Part shown: piece after piece, positions 37,139-46,928 of the stretch
Layout: each line of letters begins with the position of its first letter
How positions within the stretch are numbered: the stretch's first letter is position 1
Source: an uncultured Pseudomonadales bacterium
Lineage (GTDB): Bacteria > Pseudomonadota > Gammaproteobacteria > Pseudomonadales > UBA7434
Assembly: GCA_964504585.1 (NCBI GenBank)
Contig: CAZDEW010000005.1
Location: 5,082 to 69,081, forward strand
DNA length: 64,000 bases
Reading direction: 5' to 3'
Notes under the pieces: model-generated
Seen by the model: only the letters and a program-made list of their open reading frames with translations
Database searches by the model: none
What the model was told of the DNA's origin: nothing
Translations under genes and position numbers: made by a program

Positions 37139-38074
37139 ATGTATCTCGAGCATTTTAAGCTAACTGAAAAGCCGTTTAGTCTTATTCCGGATCCTGGTTT
37201 TCTTCACTTCTCTGACAAGCATAAAACTGCTTACAGTTTGCTTGAGTATGGTTTGTGGGAGCAGACTGGTATTACGGTGATCACTGGTGAAGTTGGCAGC
37301 GGAAAGACTACTTTGCTGCGGCATTTGCTCCAGCAGATCGATCAGAGTGAACTGTCGATCGGTATGATTAACAATACTCATGCTGCATTGGGTGACCTTA
37401 CCCAGTGGGTCGCCTCTGCGTTTGCGATTCCGCATGAGGGAAAGGACAAGGTCAAGCTATTTGAAGACATCCAGGCTCATCTCATTGAAGAGTGGGCTAA
37501 GGGCAAGCGGGCCGTGCTCATTGTTGATGAAGCACAGAATATGGATGCAGATACACTCGAAGAGCTGCGCCTGTATAACAATATCAATAGCGATGGCTAT
37601 CAGTTATTGCAGATTATCCTGGTCGGTCAGCCAGAGCTTCGCGACACCTTGCGCTTGCCTGAGCTTTCGCAGATGGCTCAGCGAGTTTCCGTTGAATACC
37701 ATATTCAGCCGTTGAGTTGGCAGGAAACGGCCAATTACATCAGGCATAGAATGTCTACCGCTGCTGCTGAAGATGCCAAGAGCCAGGCCAGTCGAACTTT
37801 TGACTCAGTCGCAATGGCCGTAATCTTCTATTTTAGTGGCGGCGTCCCTCGATTGATTAACACTCTGTGTGATTTTGCGCTGGTGCATGCCTATGCGAAA
37901 GGCGCAATGATTGTAGATCTTGAGGTTGCGCTAGAGGTTGTGCGCGGCCGAACAATCGGAGGAGTAAATCGTTACTCCAATAATCAGGAAGAACTTGATC
38001 TGGTCTGCAAGCGCGTGGACGATGCAATTGGTCTCAACCTTGGTGACCTATACAAGGAAGTGACGGCTTCATAG
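37139..38074 (+). CDS. ExeA-like AAA ATPase (XrtA/PEP-CTERM-system-associated ATPase type)
   Basis: 311-aa ORF starting MYLEHFKLTEKPFSLIPDPGFLHFS. Intact Walker A (ITGEVGSGKTTLLRHLL), Walker B (VLIVDEAQNM), and LQIILVGQPELRDTL. Confidence 0.85.
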   Translation: MYLEHFKLTEKPFSLIPDPGFLHFSDKHKTAYSLLEYGLWEQTGITVITGEVGSGKTTLLRHLLQQIDQSELSIGMINNTHAALGDLTQWVASAFAIPHEGKDKVKLFEDIQAHLIEEWAKGKRAVLIVDEAQNMDADTLEELRLYNNINSDGYQLLQIILVGQPELRDTLRLPELSQMAQRVSVEYHIQPLSWQETANYIRHRMSTAAAEDAKSQASRTFDSVAMAVIFYFSGGVPRLINTLCDFALVHAYAKGAMIVDLEVALEVVRGRTIGGVNRYSNNQEELDLVCKRVDDAIGLNLGDLYKEVTAS

Positions 38075-38119
38075 TCAGATGGTCTTACACGAAGTCTATT
38101 CTTAATCGGACGAAAAAAC

Positions 38120-39421
38120 ATGAAGGTAGTAATGATAGGTGCCGGCTACGTCGGCTTGGTTTCCGGCGTTTGCTTTGCCGAGTTTGGTGCAGATGTCGTC
38201 TGCATTGATGTCGCGGAAGAGAAGATAAAGGCGCTAGAGTCGGGACAGATACCCATTTACGAGCCTGGGCTAGATGCCCTGGTTGAAAAAAATGTGGCGG
38301 CGCGTCGACTGTCGTTTTCTACCAGGCTTGCGGACCACATTCCCGGTGCAGACATCGTCTTTATTGCAGTGGGAACACCCACTCGCCGAGGTGATGGGCA
38401 CGCCGATCTCACCTATGTCTACGAAGCGGCCAAGAACATTGCCGAGCACCTCAGCGGCTTTACAGTCGTTGTAAACAAATCAACTGTACCGGTAGGAACT
38501 GCGCGGCAGGTTTCCAGAATTATTGGTGAGGAGAATCCCGGTGCGGAATTTGCGGTGGCTTCCAACCCGGAGTTCCTGCGTGAGGGTGCTGCGATTAGCG
38601 ATTTTATGAGGCCGGATCGTGTTGTTCTTGGCGTCAACGACGCGCGCGCTGAGGCGCTTTTGAGAGAGCTTTATCGGCCCATTAACCTTATCGAGGCGCC
38701 AATCCTGGTGACGAACTGGGAGAGTGCGGAACTGACGAAGTACGCGGCAAATGCTTTTCTGGCGACAAAAATAAGCTTTATCAACGAAATAGCAAACCTG
38801 TGTGAGGCTGTCGGCGCCGACGTACATTCGGTTGCTAAGGGAATGGGGCTTGATGGTCGAATCGGCAAGAAATTTCTGCACCCAGGGCCTGGCTATGGTG
38901 GCTCTTGTTTTCCGAAAGACACGCTAGCGCTTATTAGAATCGCTCAGGAGAATGGAGAGCCGTCAAGAATTGTTGAGAGCGTTGTAGAGGTCAATGCCGC
39001 GCAGAAGGCTCGTATGGTGCAGAAGATTCGCGGCGCACTTGGCGATGTAACTGGCAAAAAGATCTCAATACTCGGACTCACGTTCAAGCCCGAGACAGAT
39101 GATATGCGCGATTCTCCTGCGCTCTCTATCATCCCTGCGTTGCTGGATAAAGGAGCAAGCATTCATGCGCACGACCCACAGGGGATGGATGAGGCGAAGA
39201 AATTGCTCGGAGATTCCATTGTCTATGAGGCAAATGTGAATGATCTGGTTGTTGACGCAGATGCTCTGGTGCTACTGACGGAATGGAATGAATATCGCAG
39301 TCTCAATCTGGAAGACATTCGCGAAAATATGCAGGGCAATGCGTTTATAGATCTAAGGAACGTTTATGAGCGCGAACAGATGGAAGCACGTGGTTTTGAA
39401 TACTTTGCCGTTGGCAGGTAA
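38120..39421 (+). CDS. ugd: UDP-glucose 6-dehydrogenase
   Basis: 433-aa ORF with MIGAGYVGLVSGVCFAEFG (Rossmann), the catalytic GGSCFPKD motif, and FKPETDDMRDSPA. Confidence 0.93.
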   Translation: MKVVMIGAGYVGLVSGVCFAEFGADVVCIDVAEEKIKALESGQIPIYEPGLDALVEKNVAARRLSFSTRLADHIPGADIVFIAVGTPTRRGDGHADLTYVYEAAKNIAEHLSGFTVVVNKSTVPVGTARQVSRIIGEENPGAEFAVASNPEFLREGAAISDFMRPDRVVLGVNDARAEALLRELYRPINLIEAPILVTNWESAELTKYAANAFLATKISFINEIANLCEAVGADVHSVAKGMGLDGRIGKKFLHPGPGYGGSCFPKDTLALIRIAQENGEPSRIVESVVEVNAAQKARMVQKIRGALGDVTGKKISILGLTFKPETDDMRDSPALSIIPALLDKGASIHAHDPQGMDEAKKLLGDSIVYEANVNDLVVDADALVLLTEWNEYRSLNLEDIRENMQGNAFIDLRNVYEREQMEARGFEYFAVGR

Positions 39422-39490
39422 GTGCGCTCGTATGTTTGCGGTTAGGAAGATTAGTGATTGGCTTCTTTTGGGTCGAGGACTGGCGATAGT

Positions 39491-40507
39491 ATGAGTAAAA
39501 CTAGCTATCTGGTGACCGGCACGGCAGGGTTTATTGGTAATGCTGTTGCCCTGAAATTGGTCGAGCGCGGTGAGTCGGTTATTGGTATTGATTCAGTCAA
39601 CGATTATTACGATGTTAAGCTGAAACGCGACAGACTTGAGCGGCTCTCTGTCGCTGACAATTATCGCCATTTTGAGTTTTGTCTCTCTGATAAAGAAAAG
39701 CTGGGACAGGTTTTCTCACAGTGCTCGCCTAAATTTGTTATCCATCTCGCTGCGCAGGCTGGAGTCCGGTACTCGCTCGAGAATCCCTATGCTTATGTCG
39801 ACTCTAATATCGTTGCGTTTGTGAACATTTTAGAGCAGTGTCGGCACCACGACGTTGAACATCTTGTTTATGCTTCCAGTAGCTCTGTATACGGTGCGAA
39901 TACAAAGCAGCCATTCTGTGTTTCGGATGCCGTTGATCATCCCGTTAGTTTGTATGCGGCGACAAAGAAATCGAATGAACTAATGGCACATACTTATAGC
40001 CATCTCTACCAGCTGCCGACCACCGGGCTACGATTTTTTACTGTATACGGACCTTGGGGGCGGCCCGATATGGCGCCGATAAAGTTTGCCACCAAGATTT
40101 CCAGAGGCGAAGAAATCGATGTCTACAACTTTGGCGACCACAACAGGGACTTCACTTATATCGACGATATTGTAGAGGGTGTTTTGGCGACTTGCGAAAG
40201 AACTGCGCGCCCGAACCCTGCGTGGACCAGCGATGCGCCAGACGCAGCCTCCTCCAACGCGCCCTACAGACTCTACAATATAGGCTGTAATCACCCGGTC
40301 AATCTGCTCGACTTTATTGTTTGTCTGGAAGATGCGCTCGGCGTCAAGGCTAAGAAGAATATGCTACCCATGCAGCCAGGCGATGTTAAAGATACCTATG
40401 CAGACGTGTCATCTTTGATTGAGGATGCTGGTTATACGCCGTCTATCTCGGTCGAAGAGGGTGTGAGCAAATTTGTCGACTGGTTTAAAAGCTATTACTC
40501 CAACTAG
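39491..40507 (+). CDS. NAD-dependent UDP-glucuronate 4-epimerase-type SDR
   Basis: The start MSKTSYLVTGTAGFIGNAV is at 39491; the ORF track opens at 39458. Motifs SSSSVYG, YAATKKSNELMAHTY (YxxxK) and RFFTVYGPWGRPDMA are typical of UDP-GlcA 4-epimerases (Cap1J/LpsL-like). It follows ugd. Confidence 0.88.
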   Translation: MSKTSYLVTGTAGFIGNAVALKLVERGESVIGIDSVNDYYDVKLKRDRLERLSVADNYRHFEFCLSDKEKLGQVFSQCSPKFVIHLAAQAGVRYSLENPYAYVDSNIVAFVNILEQCRHHDVEHLVYASSSSVYGANTKQPFCVSDAVDHPVSLYAATKKSNELMAHTYSHLYQLPTTGLRFFTVYGPWGRPDMAPIKFATKISRGEEIDVYNFGDHNRDFTYIDDIVEGVLATCERTARPNPAWTSDAPDAASSNAPYRLYNIGCNHPVNLLDFIVCLEDALGVKAKKNMLPMQPGDVKDTYADVSSLIEDAGYTPSISVEEGVSKFVDWFKSYYSN

Positions 40508-40536
40508 CGAAGAGCTATTTAAAAACGAACGTATTA

Positions 40537-41772
40537 ATGACTTCTCCTTCAGAATATAAAAAGATTTGCGTAGTCGGGCTCGGCTATATTGGTCTGCCCA
40601 CTGCTTCGTTGTTGGCGACTAAGGGTTTCACGGTGGTTGGTGTCGATGTGTCGCAGAGCGTCGTCGACACCATTAACGATGGCAAGATTCATATCGTTGA
40701 ACCGGATCTCGATATTCTGGTTAAGTCCGCGGTGAACTCGGGGAACCTCTCTGCAAGCCTGGAGCCAACGGAAGCGGATGTGTTTATTATCGCGGTGCCG
40801 ACGCCCTTCACCGATGGCGGTGCCGATCATATATCGGGCAAGAAGCCCGACCTTAGTTATATTGAAGCGGCTACTCGAAAGATATCTCCCTACGTTAAGG
40901 AAGGGAATCTAGTTATTCTGGAATCGACCAGCCCAGTTGGAACCACCGATGAAGTTGTGGCGCAGATTCTAAAAGAGGGGGGGCATAAAGTTGGTGAAGA
41001 CGTTTTCGTATCTCACTGTCCAGAGCGTGTCCTACCAGGGCGGATTCTGATTGAGCTCGTTGAGAATGATCGGGTTGTTGGGGGTATTAACGAGCCTTCG
41101 ACAAGTGTGACGGTGGATTTTTACGAGCGATTCGTGCGCGGCGCTGTTTTGCCAACCACGGCTAAAACTGCAGAAATGGTCAAACTAACCGAAAATTCGT
41201 CGCGTGATGTACAGATCGCTTTTGCGAACGAACTCTCCATGATTTGCGACTCTGAAGGTATCAACACCTGGGAAGTGATCGAGCTTGCAAACAGACATCC
41301 CAGAGTTAACATTTTGCAGCCGGGCCCCGGGGTTGGAGGCCACTGTATTGCAGTGGATCCGTGGTTTATTGTCGATCGATCGCCGATGCAGTCAAGACTG
41401 ATCAAGACAGCGCGAGAAGTGAACGACTACAAGCCAAATTGGGTTCTGGAGCGTGTGAAAGCCTGTGCTGCAAAATTTAAAGATCCAAAAATCGCTTGCC
41501 TCGGCCTGGCTTTTAAGGCGGATGTTGATGACCTTCGTGAATCACCGGCCTGTGGCATTGTGCGCGAGCTGCGAGACAGCAATGTGGCCGATTTGCTGAT
41601 TTGCGAGCCGAACCTGTCGAGCAGCGACGAGTTTGATTTGACCGATGTTGATACAGCCGTACAGGCCTGTGATATCGTTTTGCTTCTCGTAGACCATAAG
41701 CCATTTCGTCGTTTGTCAGCCGCCGACTTTAAGGAAAAAATAATTATTGATACGCGTGGCATCATACGATGA
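40537..41772 (+). CDS. wecC: UDP-N-acetyl-D-mannosamine dehydrogenase
   Basis: 411-aa ORF with ICVVGLGYIGLPTASLLATKGFTVVGVDVSQSVVDTINDGKIHIVEPDLD and IIAVPTPF, closely matching the WecC/Cap5O N-terminus, plus the catalytic GVGGHCI. Confidence 0.85.
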   Translation: MTSPSEYKKICVVGLGYIGLPTASLLATKGFTVVGVDVSQSVVDTINDGKIHIVEPDLDILVKSAVNSGNLSASLEPTEADVFIIAVPTPFTDGGADHISGKKPDLSYIEAATRKISPYVKEGNLVILESTSPVGTTDEVVAQILKEGGHKVGEDVFVSHCPERVLPGRILIELVENDRVVGGINEPSTSVTVDFYERFVRGAVLPTTAKTAEMVKLTENSSRDVQIAFANELSMICDSEGINTWEVIELANRHPRVNILQPGPGVGGHCIAVDPWFIVDRSPMQSRLIKTAREVNDYKPNWVLERVKACAAKFKDPKIACLGLAFKADVDDLRESPACGIVRELRDSNVADLLICEPNLSSSDEFDLTDVDTAVQACDIVLLLVDHKPFRRLSAADFKEKIIIDTRGIIR

Positions 41773-41806
41773 TGAGACACCCTAAGCGCGGTTTGGACTC
41801 CAGGCA

Positions 41807-43357
41807 TTGAAGCAATTTAGGGACATCGGTTCATTATCATTCCTTAGTTTTGCCGGAATCGTTACATCGCTCTGCTATACGATAGCGGTAGCGATTGTCT
41901 TTGGTGTCAGTCGCGATGTAGAGATCTTTTTCGCCGCTAGTCAGGTCTTTATGGTCTTTGCCGCACTGGCACAGGCTGGACAGCTGACAGAGGCTTTCAT
42001 ACCCATATTCCAGAAGATTAAGGTCGAGCAGAGTGTTGAGCAGGCTCATCGGGCCGCAGGCGTGATGTTTGTCTGGTTGCTGGTATTCGCAACCATCGTC
42101 GCCACACTGGTTTTCATATTCTCTAAAGCGATAGTTTCGGTTCAGGTTAGCGGTTTTTCCGCTAGCGATCAGTTGCGTGTCGCTGAACTTCTGCTCGTGT
42201 TTTGTCCGCTAGTAGTCGTGCAGGTGGGACTGGCTTTTCTAAAAGGTGTTGCGCAGGCTGAGAAAATTTTCCTCTGGCCTGAATGGGCGGGCATTGCTGG
42301 AAGCCTGATCAGTTTAGCGGCGGTTGTGTTCCTTTATGATATGGGTGCTATGGCGCTCGTTATCGGGTTGGTCTCTAATGTTGTTTTACAGTTTCTAGTT
42401 TTATCCTCCGGTCTTTTGAGAAATGGCTTTAGATTTTATCTGGGTATGCGTTCCGAGTTTTTTAGCGTGCGTGAGGTTTTTGGCAAGCTACTATCGACGT
42501 CATTCTATGCATTGACTGCGCAGGTAAGTGCTATAGCCATGACCTCGGCGCTAAGTAACCTCCCGCAAGGTGTCCTGGGTGCTTACAATTATGCGATGCG
42601 AATTTTTTCAAAGGTCGGCTCCGTCATTCTGAGACCGATTACGATTATATTTTTCAGTCATTACTCAGAGGCCTATGCCCGAGGCGGCAGCGAGTTGAAT
42701 TCACTGGCAGATAAAGCGCTTGGTTTCGCGCTTGCTCCTATTGCGCTGAGTGCGGTTTGCTGTTTCGCTGCGGGTCAGTATTTCCTGAGCGCAGTTTTCT
42801 TGGGCGAAAAGTTTCCGCTTGAGATGATAGAGGTGACTTACTGGTTTGTTGTGGCTTATATGCTTTCTTTTCTGGCTTCCGGCTTCGCCCAGATTGCCCG
42901 CAAAGTTGTTGTTTCCATCGGGCAATTCAACCTGCTGTACTTTTATTTGAGTTTGGGCAGAGTGCTGTTGGCGATATTGACGCTGTGGCTGATTGCTGAG
43001 TTGGCTATCCCCGGTGTTTCCGTCATCATACTGTTAAACACGCTGATTACGGCTGCGGTTGCCGGGATAGTGTTGTATGTCAAAAAGCGCGAGCTGTTCA
43101 GGTTCTATCGCTACGGTATGCTCTTTAAGTGGCTGCTCGTTTGCGTATTAGCATTGAGTTGCAATTATTATCTGATGAGCGTCGTGACGCTTCCAGCTCT
43201 GGGCTCTTCAGTGCTGACAGACTTGCTGGGCGGAACGCTGCAGGCGGCTATAACAGCTTTCGTCACGATCTTGCTAGCCTGGCTCATTAATATTGAAGAG
43301 GTGAGAGTTGCTTTCTCCTGGTTGGCGTCCCGCATCGAGAAGCGAACTTCACAATAG
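41807..43357 (+). CDS. Polysaccharide flippase (MOP/Wzx-type multi-pass membrane protein)
   Basis: 516-aa ORF with a TTG start. It is uniformly hydrophobic, with roughly 12-14 predicted TM segments and short basic loops. The position and size are typical of Wzx/MurJ-like flippases. Confidence 0.72.
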   Translation: MKQFRDIGSLSFLSFAGIVTSLCYTIAVAIVFGVSRDVEIFFAASQVFMVFAALAQAGQLTEAFIPIFQKIKVEQSVEQAHRAAGVMFVWLLVFATIVATLVFIFSKAIVSVQVSGFSASDQLRVAELLLVFCPLVVVQVGLAFLKGVAQAEKIFLWPEWAGIAGSLISLAAVVFLYDMGAMALVIGLVSNVVLQFLVLSSGLLRNGFRFYLGMRSEFFSVREVFGKLLSTSFYALTAQVSAIAMTSALSNLPQGVLGAYNYAMRIFSKVGSVILRPITIIFFSHYSEAYARGGSELNSLADKALGFALAPIALSAVCCFAAGQYFLSAVFLGEKFPLEMIEVTYWFVVAYMLSFLASGFAQIARKVVVSIGQFNLLYFYLSLGRVLLAILTLWLIAELAIPGVSVIILLNTLITAAVAGIVLYVKKRELFRFYRYGMLFKWLLVCVLALSCNYYLMSVVTLPALGSSVLTDLLGGTLQAAITAFVTILLAWLINIEEVRVAFSWLASRIEKRTSQ

Positions 43358-43543
43358 TGGGTTTGATGGCGGGCCAACGCCTAAGCGTGGCGGCTTAGAA
43401 TTCTGGCGTTAATCTTGTTAGCAAGTTGAAGGAGAGGGCACTTTTAGCCTAAGTTGCTCTGAGTCTGGGAGAGGGTATTTACTATAAGTAGTATTAACGG
43501 GTGTATCGTTAAAGACAGAAGTTCAAACTATCGACGCAACATG

Positions 43544-44614
43544 TCATCCTAGCCACTCCAAAAGCTGGTCGCGCATCTTTATGGCGCTTTTTTCTTGTGG
43601 GTGTGCGTGTGAACTGTCAGTGGTTTCAAGTGATAGCATCTTTTGTACTGCATCTGATAGTTGTTCTTCCGTTGGTGTATCCGAAATGGTTATCGAGTTT
43701 TCAAAAAAGCTTGATGCAAATTTCAGTTTTTGGTGTAGCGAAACTCCAACACAAGGAATGCCAAGCATCCCAGCTATATAGATTGCGTGCATTCTGGCGG
43801 TTATTACCAGCTTTGCGCCAATAAAAATTGCATAAGCATCATCTATCCGCATGCTGTTGGGGTCCCACTTCCATACTGCATACCCTGCAGCCTCGATTTC
43901 TTCTATAACAGCTGTGTCGTATTCAGGTTGAAATGAGGCCCATCTGACCTTGTGTCCGTCTTTCTCAAGTCTTTTTGCATTTGCAAGCAGCGCACTGAGG
44001 TACTTATTTTTCGCACCTCCGTATCGATATGTTCTGATAACGATCAAAATTGTGCTTTCTTGCGATCTAGCATCGATTCCCCGCAATTTGGAGCCATCAA
44101 GAAAGCACAAGTCGGTTCCGAGGGTTGCGCCTTTCGCACCTGCTTTTATCGCCAGTCTGAGTGACTCGGAATCTCTTACATAGGTGTGATCCTCTAGTCG
44201 TAGCCTAAGCGTGCAGATACGTTCTAGAGTTGAGTGATGGAAAGGACCAATGCCCAGACCAATGGACATGAATCGGGTGCCGCGAAGCTTTGCGCTCCAT
44301 ATAATGGCAGCTTCCCTCAGGAGTCGCCTTGAAATATAACGAAGTGAGGGTTTTTCGGTGTAATCGAAAAGCGTTCCACCGCCCCCGAAAATTACTCTTG
44401 TGTCTCCCCAGTATATTCGTTGCTTGGCTTGGGCAGGGTCGACTAATTCAGCTGAGGGAAACCAGCTGGCAAGGTAGCTCGCTTCCGGGTTGGCGCAACT
44501 AATTCTGATCTTCTCGTTGCGACTATGAGGCTCAATGGCTGAATAGACGATGCTGAGAAGTAGGTCATCACCAAAGTTGTGATGGCCGTAGTACCCGGCT
44601 ATGTGGATAGTCAT
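43544..44614 (-). CDS. Polysaccharide pyruvyl transferase family protein
   Basis: 356-aa ORF. The N-terminus MTIHIAGYYGHHNFGDDLLL is the characteristic PS_pyruv_trans start (WcaK/CsaB-like). The C-terminal motif ITARMHAIYIAGMLGIPCVGV is present. Confidence 0.8.
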   Translation of the reverse strand: MTIHIAGYYGHHNFGDDLLLSIVYSAIEPHSRNEKIRISCANPEASYLASWFPSAELVDPAQAKQRIYWGDTRVIFGGGGTLFDYTEKPSLRYISRRLLREAAIIWSAKLRGTRFMSIGLGIGPFHHSTLERICTLRLRLEDHTYVRDSESLRLAIKAGAKGATLGTDLCFLDGSKLRGIDARSQESTILIVIRTYRYGGAKNKYLSALLANAKRLEKDGHKVRWASFQPEYDTAVIEEIEAAGYAVWKWDPNSMRIDDAYAIFIGAKLVITARMHAIYIAGMLGIPCVGVSLHQKLKFASSFFENSITISDTPTEEQLSDAVQKMLSLETTDSSHAHPQEKSAIKMRDQLLEWLG

Positions 44615-44618
44615 GTTT

Positions 44619-46250
44619 CTAGCTCCAATGCTTTGTCGCGTCTTCGGGCATCAAAAATTGATCTTTGTTCTCGATCGCCCTGGTTACGAGTTGCATTGTC
44701 TTATAGTTTGCAAGCTCATCTATCGTACTGTGCTTGAGAGCTACAACATTAGTGTGGCTGGGTTCAATAAACACATGAAACGGAAGTTGATATCGCTCGA
44801 AAAGTAGGTAGGCGTATCTCTCGGCAAAAATACGGTTTTTCTCCTCGTCTATGCCTTCTGTGTTCCAGTCAGAGAGCAATTCGAAATACTTCTCTTTGCT
44901 ATCGATGTCGATGGTAAACCCTTTTCCTCTGAAGTGTGTTCTGGAAACTACCATACATGGGACTCCTTCCAACGGAAGCTCCATTCCAACTGTAGATGTA
45001 TGGACAATTCCAAGATCCGTTATTCCAATTATCGACCAGCTGTTTACTTTTTCGTGCGGCTCGATAATTCTTATGTGATTCGGCAGTGAGGAAAAGTGCT
45101 CACGGACAACTTGAGCAAAGGGTTGGTTGGTTCCAATGACCACCTCAGCAGGGTGCACTTTGACGATGAGTTGTAAATGGGGTTTGTCTAAAAACCATGT
45201 GATTGTTTGAATTACCCAATCGATAGGATTCGAGAACGCAATTTCTCTTTGCGCGCTGGCAGCATCCCAGAGGACATTCGTAAACAGCGTGAAGGTTGTA
45301 AGGTCTTTGTTAAGCCCTAGATTTTCAAATGTTTCATTTCTGTCGCTTTCGGCGCCAAAATTGTAAACGAGTGTATCCTTAGAGTGTGAGCGGCGGGACT
45401 CCAGGTAGTCGTCTATAAGCTTCTGTTGTGATGAGGTTAAAGGCTTCTGCTTTACTTTTTCCCATTCGTCAGATACGTCCCACCAGTCACCGCCCGTTGA
45501 CCAATTGAATTTCTCAGCGTTTGCTTTTTTCGTTTTGCTGTAGGTGACAACAGGTACGTTGTTGCTGTTCAATACTAATCGTGCGGGGCCCCACGTCGTG
45601 TATATTCCATGAGACATAATAATTCTGTCTCTAGCTTTCTTAACTAAATATGCCCCTATGGCCTCAGAAATTGCGGCGCTCTTCTTAAACATAGCTCTCC
45701 GCTCGGCTAGCCTATGGTCATTTTCATCAAGAACGCCTACGCCGAAGTGCTTCAATAGCGATGAATCAATCTCATCCGGCCAGTCTTGTCGATGATCGCC
45801 GGAATCTGAAGCGATTATTTCGGAAACGCGGGTCACCGGTATGTTGTAGCTGCTCATGAGACGGTTTCCATAGCTCCAACATTTTTCACAGATTCTCGGC
45901 CATTCACTCTCATTAGCAGCCTTTTTACTATCGCATAGTGGGAGCGCTTTATCGCAAACTATAGCTTCAACCTCGTGCCCCCTATTTTTAAGGGTTAGTG
46001 CTAGCACTACATCTACAGCCGAGTTATAAGTGTGCCCTCCAATGATCGTAAGGAAGGAGACTTTCAGCGGGTTTGCGTTTCTAGGGGTCTCTGTCGAAAC
46101 AAAATCTCTCGCTTGCGCGAGAAGCACTTCTCGCCCCAGCGTCTCGCCTAATTTTTGATATGGAATACCAAATAAATTTGCGACTCTGGCTATACCTGGA
46201 ACTAGATTTATCCGCGCTTTATATTTTAATGTTCTGAGATAGCCGCTCAT
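44619..46250 (-). CDS. Capsule-biosynthesis (KpsC/KpsS, Capsule_synth-like) putative glycosyltransferase
   Basis: 543-aa ORF. The C-terminal half has LIVKVHPAE...GITDLGIVHTSTVGMELPLEGVPCMV, resembling the HP...E nucleotide-sugar-binding core of KpsC/KpsS-type proteins. The family assignment is from memory only. It is in an operon with the cytidylyltransferase. Confidence 0.55.
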   Translation of the reverse strand: MSGYLRTLKYKARINLVPGIARVANLFGIPYQKLGETLGREVLLAQARDFVSTETPRNANPLKVSFLTIIGGHTYNSAVDVVLALTLKNRGHEVEAIVCDKALPLCDSKKAANESEWPRICEKCWSYGNRLMSSYNIPVTRVSEIIASDSGDHRQDWPDEIDSSLLKHFGVGVLDENDHRLAERRAMFKKSAAISEAIGAYLVKKARDRIIMSHGIYTTWGPARLVLNSNNVPVVTYSKTKKANAEKFNWSTGGDWWDVSDEWEKVKQKPLTSSQQKLIDDYLESRRSHSKDTLVYNFGAESDRNETFENLGLNKDLTTFTLFTNVLWDAASAQREIAFSNPIDWVIQTITWFLDKPHLQLIVKVHPAEVVIGTNQPFAQVVREHFSSLPNHIRIIEPHEKVNSWSIIGITDLGIVHTSTVGMELPLEGVPCMVVSRTHFRGKGFTIDIDSKEKYFELLSDWNTEGIDEEKNRIFAERYAYLLFERYQLPFHVFIEPSHTNVVALKHSTIDELANYKTMQLVTRAIENKDQFLMPEDATKHWS

Positions 46251-46262
46251 GGCCGGTGTTCC

Positions 46263-46928
46263 TTACAGTGTTTGTGTTAGCTTTTGGACTGACTCTAGAC
46301 AACCTATGCTTTCGAGTTCTGGATAGTTTGCCTCTAGTGATTTCATGGTCAGCAGGTCTTCGAGCGTATCTAGAGTTATTCTCTTCTGATGTTCAATGCC
46401 GTAAAAATTGCTTGGAAGTGCTAACCTCTTGTATACATCGGAGTTTCGAATATCCCAGGTCACGTGTTCTTTGGCTTCGGGTGAATGATCTCCGGCATAG
46501 CACTCTCGCAAGGCATCGCATCGAACGATTTCGCCGCTAAAATGAGAGAGTGGCGCTATATAAGCATAGTCCGCATTTTCTGCTTTGGCTGCCTCAAAAA
46601 GCCCGTCAATAACAGCCGGCTGTGCAAGGTAATTGTCGCAGGTGATGCGCAGACAATACTCCCCATCGTACCCCTCAAGGGCCTGACAAAATCGGCTCAA
46701 AACGTCATCTTCACTGCCGACCAGGAACTCGGCGCCGGTATTTGCCACATAGCTCTGCATCGCCAGATTCTCCGGCCTGTCGCCGGTAGCCAGAACGACC
46801 CGGTCGACATGTTCGGCGGATTGAGCAATCGAAATCGCTCTCTCCACAATATGCTGACCAAAGAAACTAAAGAGACCTTTGCCGGGGAGTCTCGTCGAGC
46901 CGAGACGAGCCTGAAGTATCGCAATCAT
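46263..46928 (-). CDS. Cytidylyltransferase (SpsF/acylneuraminate cytidylyltransferase family)
   Basis: 221-aa ORF. MIAILQARLGSTRLPGKGL is the hallmark N-terminal motif of CMP-sugar synthetases of the SpsF/NeuA/PseF family. It is transcribed divergently from the nonulosonic-acid synthase operon. Confidence 0.8.
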   Translation of the reverse strand: MIAILQARLGSTRLPGKGLFSFFGQHIVERAISIAQSAEHVDRVVLATGDRPENLAMQSYVANTGAEFLVGSEDDVLSRFCQALEGYDGEYCLRITCDNYLAQPAVIDGLFEAAKAENADYAYIAPLSHFSGEIVRCDALRECYAGDHSPEAKEHVTWDIRNSDVYKRLALPSNFYGIEHQKRITLDTLEDLLTMKSLEANYPELESIGCLESVQKLTQTL

